Source: Laetmonice hystrix
Lineage: Eukaryota
Direction of reading: 5' to 3'
Assembly (NCBI GenBank): GCA_965235115.1
Contig: OZ249436.1
Span: 29,576,001-29,640,000 of the forward strand
DNA length: 64,000 nt
Shown here: one piece after another, positions 54,464 to 64,000 of the stretch
How positions within the stretch are numbered: the first letter of the stretch is position 1
Layout of the letters: each line of letters begins with the position of its first letter
Made by a program: the position numbers and the translations under genes
Notes under the pieces: model-generated
What the model was told of the DNA's origin: nothing
Seen by the model: the letters and a program-made list of their open reading frames with translations, nothing else
The model's database searches: none

Positions 54464-55596
54464 CTGATGGAATCAACCGGATTGTATAGGCCCACCGACA
54501 TCATGTTCTTTCAAAATTGGTTAATTTCTTCTGGGATTTTTTGGAAATGTATATTGGGTTACACGATAGAAAGCGGTGAAAATCATTTCTGATACGTTAT
54601 CTTTAGCCTAAATTTCCGTCCCTATATCTCTATAAATATGACACCAGTCAACCACGTCTTTACTCACCGATTCTGATCTCACCTCCGTACCGAATAGTTC
54701 TGGGGGTGGCCGTCAGAGGGCGGGGTCAATATACTTATGTAAACGGTACATGAATAAAGTAGTGTACCCTTAAACTGGTAACAGAAAGCCTTAAGGCGAT
54801 ACATGTATGGAATATCAAAATGACTGCATGACCTTTGACACAGTACGATACCTACTTTCTTTTTTTATTCCTTTCTATTCCCTTCTATTACTTTTAAACC
54901 TAGACGTGGTGTCAGTTGCATGCACAGAGACTATATAGCACAGCAAAAATATAGGCATATATATTACGCCCTCTAAGTGAATTTAAGTGTGCGCGTGCAA
55001 CTTTAATTGCATCAGGGAAACTTTTATTTTACTTTTTAATGAGTTCCTTTTAAAAGAATGATGTTCTGAACAGAACTACCCCGTTGACGGCGACAAAATG
55101 TAGCCGACACGTGTCTTAGAATGGGCGGGAAGTCAAGCCCCGTCTGAAGCAGCCGGTGTGTTGGCTACCATGTTGATGGTGCCATGCGGTGAGAAACGTC
55201 TCGTACATCATAGTGTATGGTAGTGGTAAACTAGACTGAGCGCAACACTTGGGACGACGCGGCCGTGTGCAGGAGTTGACCGGAGCCGGGCCGGCCCCGA
55301 CCGATGTGTTTGCATACCACAAGCACCCCGACCGCCGACCAATTTGTCGACCCGGCACCTTCCTCGCGCCTCCCGGCTGCCTGGTCTATGTCAGCCGGCG
55401 CTACCGCCCGACGTGTGGGTCGGTGGGCTGACGGCGGTGACTGGCCCACGCAACGTTTACACCACGCGGTCCCCGGTAAGGAAAGCCCGCCGCTCAAACC
55501 ACCTTCTGCCAAATGAAAGCTGGAGGGGGAATGGTCGATCACCTACATGGCCATTCAGGCATGGCTTTTTTTTTTCTTTAAAAAATATAAATGAAC

Positions 55597-55672
55597 TGAA
55601 AAATGGATATAATGGTATTGTTAGGACCTAACTATAGTTAAGTCATAACAATACCATTATTTCCATTTTTCA
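55597..55672. repeat. 76-bp spacer-less inverted repeat
   Basis: 38-bp arms centred on ACTA|TAGT (55634/55635), with 3 mismatched pairs. Confidence 0.92.
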
Positions 55673-58274
55673 ACGTATACGTTGATAATATTCATCATGA
55701 AACAATACACAATTCATCAACAATGACTGTCACACGAAAGTCACACGAGGGGCATATATATATAGGCCTAACATGGCTGGAAGGATTCCGACAACTTAAG
55801 AAGAATTTTGTCATACAAGATATATCAAAATCCTTAAACGACTTATCGACATTAAAGTATAATAGACGTAATAAAAAGTGCGAAAACAATTAAGTTCCAC
55901 AGCAAATGGAAATAGACATTTCCCTTCCTGACCATATAAATCCTCATCATATTTAAAACTACCAACAAACGCGACTGCCCTGCCCCATCATGAACACTAC
56001 AGGAACACCTACACCACTGACTGGAATAAAACGACACATTTTGATGAATGGATCCGGTAGGCCTACTTTGTACCAGGTCTAATTGATAGGTCGTTGATGG
56101 CCTTAATCAAGATTGTCTCACGGCATATCTGATACTTGTCTATACGATGTGTAAAGGTTTTCACGTCCAAATGATTTACTAAATGAGATGTTATCAGTAC
56201 AGAGAGAAAAAATAATCTCGTCATCACTGAAAGAGTGTTGGTAGGCCGCGACCACTAACTGGTTTTGTGGAAGACGTTTGAGAGCTCTTTACTCGTAGGG
56301 CAGCCGCGGAGGTGTTCAGCGGAGTATAATCCCCACCTAGGTTTAGACGCTTCTCTAAGCCGGAGATTATGAAATACAATGGCAGATTATTCTTAAGCTG
56401 TATGTGTTATAATGGTGTTTAGTTAGCGCCATGCAGATCAGATCAATTCAGAATATACCAGTCGTGATTGGCTCTTGGGTGAGCCACCTTAGTCCGATAT
56501 TTGTACAGGCCTAATAGGCAAATACTCTCCACCCGTCAGTTTGTGGGACATCTTAACTTCACATCTTATAACTTCACACCTGAGAACTCCACAGGGGAAT
56601 AAATAGGGCCTAGACCTTAATTCGTGTAGGCCTACATTAACACAAGTTAAACCTTGCATTTATACCTGACGAATGATGCCGATCCAAGTTTCTGGCAGCT
56701 ATTCCATCAGAATTTTCGTTCAAGGATTTTAACCCGTGGACTTTGGTCGTAGGCCTTTACTAAAGTCTTTATGTTACCAGAATCTGATGATGTTAGCAAA
56801 GAGTGAGTAGGCCTGGTCCATCCCACAGCCCGTCTTCCCCCCAGTCAGAAATGACCAACCAGTAGGTGCTATCGGTGTGTGTGTGTCGACACACGGTTCG
56901 CTTTTGCTTCATAGTCGTCGGGAGTGCTGAAGAGTAGAGTGGGTGCGTTACTGACCGGGCATCGAATACACATTCAGCCTTCAACAACCCTGAATACACA
57001 GTCATATGTACACAGTTCCACTCGGCACATGGCTAAGCATACCCCAGACCGATCCCGATCCCACACTACCTCACACACTGCAGCAGTAGCACGGCCAATA
57101 TACGGCTCCCCCGACACGACAAGTCGGTCCCCAATGGGCTCAACCCGTGTTCTCACACCGTCCGATGGTTTAAGACGCGTGATTCCGACAGATACGACAA
57201 CGACCCTTTAGCCTACATCGGGACGCTAAAGTAGAAGAAGGTGTGCGAGTCAACAGGCGCCGAAAACGGGCTGTAGTGTTTTGGGGGGATATGGTACGTT
57301 TAGGAAGCCAGTGCCTCCGTGCTGCTGCTGCTCTCCTCGGCACATGTACGGGGCGACAAGAAGTGGCAGGATCTACTCCGGAGTTCGGTGTTTGACAAGT
57401 AAGTTTGAGAGATGGGTGGGATGCTGACTGTTAATTATATGATTGACTGGAGGTCTGTTGACGGGCTGTACGAGTGCCGTCAGCTTATGGCGGGCTTGAG
57501 TTGGAGTAGGGGAAGTCTGTGCACACAGCCGCGTGTAGCCGTGGATCTGGGCTGAGTGAAAGACTGGGCGAAGCTAACCGCTTGTAGAGCAAGTGCTAGC
57601 AACACCTCGGCACTTTGCTCGGGTCAGGCTGCTCTTGAACTCCAAGTGTGGGCCAAGTCAAGTAAGGCCATCGCAACATGAGAAAAGCTCACTCTAATGT
57701 AAGAAGGCAAGGCAGCCGTCTCTTTGCGTCGACACCCTTGTACTGATATATATCTCCCAACATGGGCCTTGACTCCTTGGTGGTGGGGTGGGGTGGGGAG
57801 AGGGTTCCACCCACACTTTATTTTGAGGGAAAAAAACAGAAGGGAAACGGTTTTCTTTTGTCATCATCATACTTTAAGAACTACCCGTTCTGTAAGTTTT
57901 AGGAGCTTACTGGTTGCCCACACCCAATTGAGAGAGAGGGGAGGCATTTGGCATGCATGCAAGCGTGGTTTAGGTGCAGAAAGGCTTCATCATCAGAAGC
58001 AATCTGTCGCCACGGTAGGCTAGAGACCAACACCTTGCGGTTTATTGCTCTTTTAAATTTTACCAGACAATGTCTCATTCCATATAGTCGGCGTGTTTCG
58101 GGAAGGCGTGCCTGGCGAAGCTCGTCAATTTTAGGTTGTTATTTCAGCTAGCGCTATCGTTAACGTGCCACTTCACACCTCCAAGCTCGTCTGAAATTCC
58201 TGTCCCCCTCTGCCGCGTCCTCTCCCCTTGCCACTTGCAGTCGGACAATTATTATTTGTCAAAGCAGAATATTC

Positions 58275-58312
58275 TATATAAAACCCGGCGTCGGTCGTAG
58301 ATAAACTTAGTT
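58275..58312 (+). promoter_or_regulatory. Candidate TATA + Initiator core promoter
   Basis: TATAAAA at 58277-58283 and Inr-like TTAGTT whose A (58309) lies 32 bp downstream, inside a CpG-rich stretch (about 58.1-58.7 kb). Donor-like GTAAGT at 58864. Confidence 0.4.
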
Positions 58313-60997
58313 GTTTTCTTAGCTGCTCGCCGGCCTGTGTACACAACCGACCCTAAGCGTATCATATGTTGTTTGCCTCGCTGACGTATGAAAATGGCGT
58401 TTCACACCTTTTGCGTGTTGGCCTTTCTTGCCTCGTTCTTTGGAATTAATAAAACGCGTCCTTCTCGCCAAACTAACACGCATCGACTGCGTTTATATTC
58501 TTCGAAGCATGTTGCCTGCATGGGTGGCGGAGCACACAGCTGGCCGTAGTACGTTACACATGATGACATTATACCTGGCCATGCGCATGGCACTATACGC
58601 TACATGCCTGCCGACTATAGAGCGCATCGATCGCGACGAGAGATACACCGCGATACCTGGTCTTGTTCACACCTTTGTCGTGCGATGTTTGATTGATCGC
58701 CGATAGCAACCCGAGCGGTGCAATGATACATGGGTCTGACACGTTGGAGTTTGTGGGGGGGGGGGGGGGGGGGAGAGGCTTGCCATGCCCGTAACATGTC
58801 TCACGTGCAGCGATGCTGTCCTTCACTCTGTATTTTCCTGTCCACTTTAATTAAAGGGTATTTGTAAGTTAAGCAGCGTTGGAGCATATTTTGGTACGCA
58901 TAGGCCTACAGCTCCACAATAGCCACATTTCACAAACTACCGTAGTTCTGTCGGGTTGCCTTGGGGATAAACGGACATACATAGGACTGCTCCATGCAAG
59001 AAGATAGGGCTATAGGCCTATACTATAATAGGACAAGAATGCCTATGAGATGAATGGTGAATTCTCATGCCATCTAGTGTTTGAACGAACTAATTTAGAC
59101 TTAGTTTGCATTGTAAACCAGTAAGAATATTGTGTTGAGATATATAGTAAAGCATGTGTTGAGATGTGTACAGCGCCACACGTGACGAAAGACAGCGCGC
59201 TGAGCATGCACCCTGAGGACCGACGTCTGACGGAGTCGTCTTGGGTGACAAGGTTTGGAGGGGGGAGAGTTTGTTCTTCCATCCCCCTCCACCCCCCCCC
59301 CCCACCACACCCCCCAACTGCTCCCCAAACGTCGTCTTCTGTCACGGCAGTTTGTTTGCTTTGCGCCTTGTGAGTGGCTCTTTCAAGTTCGGCTTTCTTT
59401 TCGTTTGTCTAAGTTCTTTGGATGAATCCTGAATAAATATACGTCAGAACGCGAAACGTATAGACTTATTGAGGGGGCCTTGAACGCTTTGTAGACGAGA
59501 GGGAAGCGGGGAAAAAGTCTTCATATCAAAATACGGAAACTTGACTTTTTATAAAATAGTATTTTATTATCTGGTCTAAGTGGCTATATCCCAGTCCTAA
59601 TTCCTGTCGCGATCCGTAGGTTTCCCCTGAGAACAGGGATCCCAACTACTGCACGACTCTGCCGAATGAAATAGATAGAGCTCCGAAACCAATCGCATTT
59701 TAAAGACACTTTAAAGAAGTGAAGTAATTAATGTGGTATCTGTTCTAGTAGTTACCCCGTCTAGTGTCACCCCCACTGGCCTGTCCCATCTTCATCAACA
59801 TAGGATATCCCTTCTTTGTTGAATGTGGAATGACTGATTTCCGTTTCCGTGTGAGTCGTGTGGTATTGACTCAGTTGAAATGGTACAGGTTGAGACGGTT
59901 TGAATGCGTGGAAGCTTGTAATAGATCTTCACCCTTTTAGTGACCCCGTCGGAGTTTCACTGGGCTAATGCTCCCCGGCCATGGTCTTGCATCTGAAGTA
60001 CCTTCATGCCCCTGGTAACGGAGCTCTCAAATGTCCGGTGGGAACAAATTACTCTTGCATATTCAAGTTGGTCAGTGCAAAAATGTAGCCAGGTAATGAG
60101 GGTGAACTTTGCGGAGACTGGGGTAGGCGTCGGTTGTGAAGTTGTTGGATTGAAATACTAGAAGAGACCAGTGAAGGGGAATGAATTGCACGGTGCTTTG
60201 AGAGTGGGTTACCTTGAACAGAATTCCGGGCTAATTCATGCTCCGTGGTATGCTGAGCGTTGTACTGTTCAATATGTTTGGCGTGGCCGACGTGGCCCGT
60301 TTTTGAGGAGGTCTCTATAGGAGGCAAGGTGGGGGGGGGGGGGGTGCTCGGGGTTAGTGGTAATGAATTGCGACCGGTACTAGGAGTCAGGTCTGGTGTT
60401 ATAATGATCTATAATACACGCTGGATGATCAAAGGCAAACACCACGAGGTGTGAACAACAAGGATGGCTGTCAGGGTGTTGGCGCCTGCTCAGGAGTAAC
60501 CAACCTCTCCCTCCCTACGTCCATTCACGGGACCAGTTCTTTTTCAAAATTCAAATCAAGCGCAAGCGGTTTTAGCCCAAGTTAGGCCCTGGCAGTGGCA
60601 TTCAGTGGATATAATTAAAATCGGACGGCGACAAAAGCGGCAGGAAACCATGCTGCGAACACATTGAAAGTCATTCCAAGTAGGCGCAAGAAACTTTGTA
60701 TAAGCTGGTGCTCCGTGTGCAGTTGAGCAGAATTTGCTCCCAACTTCCCACATACCAAAGTTTGGGTTGCTATTGTGAGATTCTCTGGGCCGACGCCGTG
60801 GTATTGTAGAGCGACTTGAGTTAGGGTTTGGGGGGAATAATTTGAAGCGTACGATGCTCGGGCGGTGTCACCAACTAAAGGGTATATTTTTTATTGTATA
60901 CAAGTAGATCATGTCAGCCTTGTGAACTGTCTACATACATAGGAGGCTGACAAACTTCTACTGATGTCGTTTGGGACCACCAATCATTGGGCTCCGT

Positions 60998-61074
60998 GTG
61001 GGGTGGGGTGGGGTGGGGTGGGGTGGGGTGGGGTGGGGTGGGGTGGGGTGGGGTGGGTGGGGTGGGGTGGGGGT
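60998..61074. repeat. (GGGGT)n microsatellite
   Basis: About 15 units, near perfect. Confidence 0.95.
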
Positions 61075-62190
61075 CAAGGACTGACAAATCACTGCACCTG
61101 AAGCTCGTTAAGTTATGCAACACGGTTCCCATACATTTTAGATTAAGGGGTGGACGGAATGTTTATATGACATGTCTTCAACCAGTGTGAGCAATTAATT
61201 GCTGAAAGGACTCAAATGTCGTCATCCCTGATTGGCAGCATTAACAAAACTTCAAATACTCCAAAGGGTTGCTTTGGGGTGGCAGGAAGGGAAAGTAAGC
61301 ATTATATTTCACGGTTTATTACAAGAAATGTAACTGTCGGGAGACCAATTTATGATCTTGTCAATGGTGCAATTTTGTTTGGTGAAGTCATCTTCAATTT
61401 GTAAAGCCTTCAGCATAGAAACAAATGTCTGAAGATGTATATATACATGCCTCTTTTTATTCACTGAAGTTTTATATTACATTGAATGTATAATAAGGCT
61501 ATATGATGGGTCTTCTTTCGTCACGACAAGAAACTGGTGTTTAACTTATCCTTGGCCTTTTTCTAATGGCTTGGAAGCCTATCACCTCAGTGGTTTTAAA
61601 GTTTTACACAAGCCTTCGGGCATGCGCCGAATAAAAGCATATCGTTTATCTTCGCGGGACTCCCTAGATAGGATTTACACGTGTGACTATGAGAAAGATA
61701 TGTACCCCGATTGTCCAATTGAGTTTCTGTCCAATAGGGACACGAGAAGGCCTGTTTATTTGCAATTAGACCCAGCAGCTGGCCTGCGATACCCGATATG
61801 TTCGTATGTGATCAAGTCCCAGTAGGGGGCGGGTGAATTCAGCGTTTGGTTTGCGTGCCCGCGCCAAGCTCCGCCCACTGACCTACTTCGGAGAGCGCAA
61901 GCACCCATCGCTTGTCGACTACACATCCATCCAATTTTCTTGCGGGGGTGAAAAAAGAGATTTGCGACAGACAGTGAAGACGGGTGCTGTGTGACCGGGA
62001 TGTATTGCTCTCATAATCTACATGGATGTATGTGAAGGTTTGCGGGGATATTGGGTGGGGAGCCCACCCCCCATTGATTGTGTGTCGGCTTGATTGATGG
62101 CTCAAGCTTCGACTCTATTTTCATGTTCACAGAGCAAATCGTGGGAGAAGGACAGCGGCTGCACCGACAGGCAGAACTGCATGGAAGGGC

Positions 62191-62278
62191 ATGGGGAAAC
62201 GGCGCTTCTACAGCATTGCTGTGGGCCCCGGTCCCCTCTTCCTCATCGCAATCGTCCTCGCTGTCGTCAGAGGTGTAG
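62191..62278 (+). CDS. First coding exon (signal peptide) of a probable secreted or cell-surface protein; exon 62133-62278
   Basis: Acceptor TTTTCATGTTCACAG| before 62133, donor TAG|GTGAGT after 62278, ATG in GGCATGG context. Peptide MGKRRFYSIAVGPGPLFLIAIVLAVVRGV has a basic n-region and hydrophobic h-region and ends in a phase-1 intron. Confidence 0.65.
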
Positions 62279-64000
62279 GTGAGTAGAGTTTGACACATTC
62301 ATAGTAGAGATTTTTATATAGCGAGCTGCTCCTGTTATAAGGGCCCTATCATCCATCTCCCTACCCCAACATGCCCACCCCGAGTTGCGCATGCAGGGGT
62401 TTCAAGCACGAGGCGATGCCGTCAAGTTAGAGAATGCGTCACTCACTGAACGACAATACATCACTGCAACTGGCACGGAGCATGGCTGAGGTTGAGGTGA
62501 TTGATCCTTGTTATGACAATGTTGGTGATGACAAGGAGGACATTGGCCGGTGATGTTGAAGCCAAAGTACAGTTGTTGTCTCCACGCCGGGCCCTGACGT
62601 TGGGCCTTTTGTTGGTCGGCTGGCTCCACAAGCGAGTGCTGCCAGCGAGCAGTTCGAGAAGCGAGGGAAGACATGCAGGCTGAAGGTGGTGCGCTGCCGG
62701 TAGGACGTCCAACAGAACACCGCTGACAGTGTTTGACTACACCATGATGTTCTGCGTACTGCTAGCAGTGTGAACATCGCCTCACATAGATTACAGTTTG
62801 AAACATGACACTGCCGGAGTAGAACTGTCACCGTGATTGCCTGTAGTCCTCTGGCACGCTGTTTTCTAATGGGGTTCGTGCGGGATTGACAGGTGTTGCA
62901 TACCTGAGGCATAGCGCTTTTGTCATCGGGGTAACTTTTACCGGATTCCTTTGATAGCCTGTGCCATTTTCAGGATGGACAAAAGCTTTTCTTGTCCTAA
63001 AGGTGTTTTTTTTCTTAAGTTACCGAAAACGAAATGTCCCATATACATTGGTAGAGTGTTAGCTAGGGTGCTTCAGTGGGGGGGGGGGGGGGGGGGGAGA
63101 GAAGCTTGGCCCCCTAGTACACAAATTAGGATACACCCCTGATAAGGAGCCCCCCTACTTCACCCATTGGAAAACGCCCATTGTGATTAAAATCGGATGT
63201 CTTCTCAATAATGTTGAACTGGGCTACCTACAACAAGGTCCATTTTAACGAGTAACCGTGCCTTAATTATGAAAACCCCGTCAACAAAAACGTCAACTGG
63301 GGACTCGACCGTCCTCAGTTATGTGTAAAAAGAAGTATATGAACTAGAATATTGCAGTAGGTTGGTGTCAGTGTCCTGAGTACACTGAGAAACACGTGTT
63401 ACCTCCTACCCGGCTTCTTTTTACGTGCACTTCCTGTCGGGTCAAGAGGTCAACGTATGTTTTTGTGCTGGTTTGAGGAAGTATTCCCAACTTCTAATTG
63501 GTCTTGTGTATCTATATGAAAGTTGATATCATATTAGTGTCATTCAGAGAGCACATACATATTCGTGTCTTGATCACGAATAGGTCAGTATGGTTTATTA
63601 AAAGGAAGTGTTTTTTTTAACTTGAGTGGGTTTGTTTGTGAATTGTACCACAGTAGTTGCTATAGTGCGAGTTATTGGGACGCGAAAGTCGGGTTATAAT
63701 TTTGTCATGTTAATCATGAAGGTAAACTGTATTTGACGTTTCACAGTAGCGCCACTGTCGTTTTTGAACAACATTCAAACTGAAACACAGGCAGCAATTG
63801 GCAACTTGCAAGCCTCAGCCCCGGCTAGTGCAAACACTGCCAAACTGCTAACGGCGCGTGCCAACTTTACGGACTCCAGGTACTCAAAACATAATTAATA
63901 CACATCTAGCTGTTACAGCAGTCACAACATTGGCATCAACTCATGTCAGAAGGAGTCCCAATATCGCCGTATCAACGTACACCCGTGTGTGTTTTTGTTA

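Overview
This is animal (probably bilaterian invertebrate) genomic DNA and is almost entirely non-coding: there are no long ORFs, operons, rRNA or tRNA genes, or CRISPR arrays. It contains about 9 tandem-repeat arrays (units 21-61 bp, up to 1.9 kb) and at least 8 MITE-like inverted-repeat elements. It also holds many heavily eroded LINE and DNA-transposase remnants that I recognised only by eye from motif order. The best host-gene signal is at the right end: a splice-bounded exon (62133-62278) whose ATG at 62191 encodes a signal-peptide-like segment, with a candidate TATA+Inr promoter about 3.8 kb upstream. I found no convincing novel multi-gene system. The more unusual observations are an L1/Tx1-like relic with domains on alternating strands, strong excess of the palindromes TAGGCCTA and TACATGTA, a spacer-less 76-bp palindrome, a foldback MITE carrying a tandem core, and a nested MITE cluster. 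All family assignments are unverified by database search.
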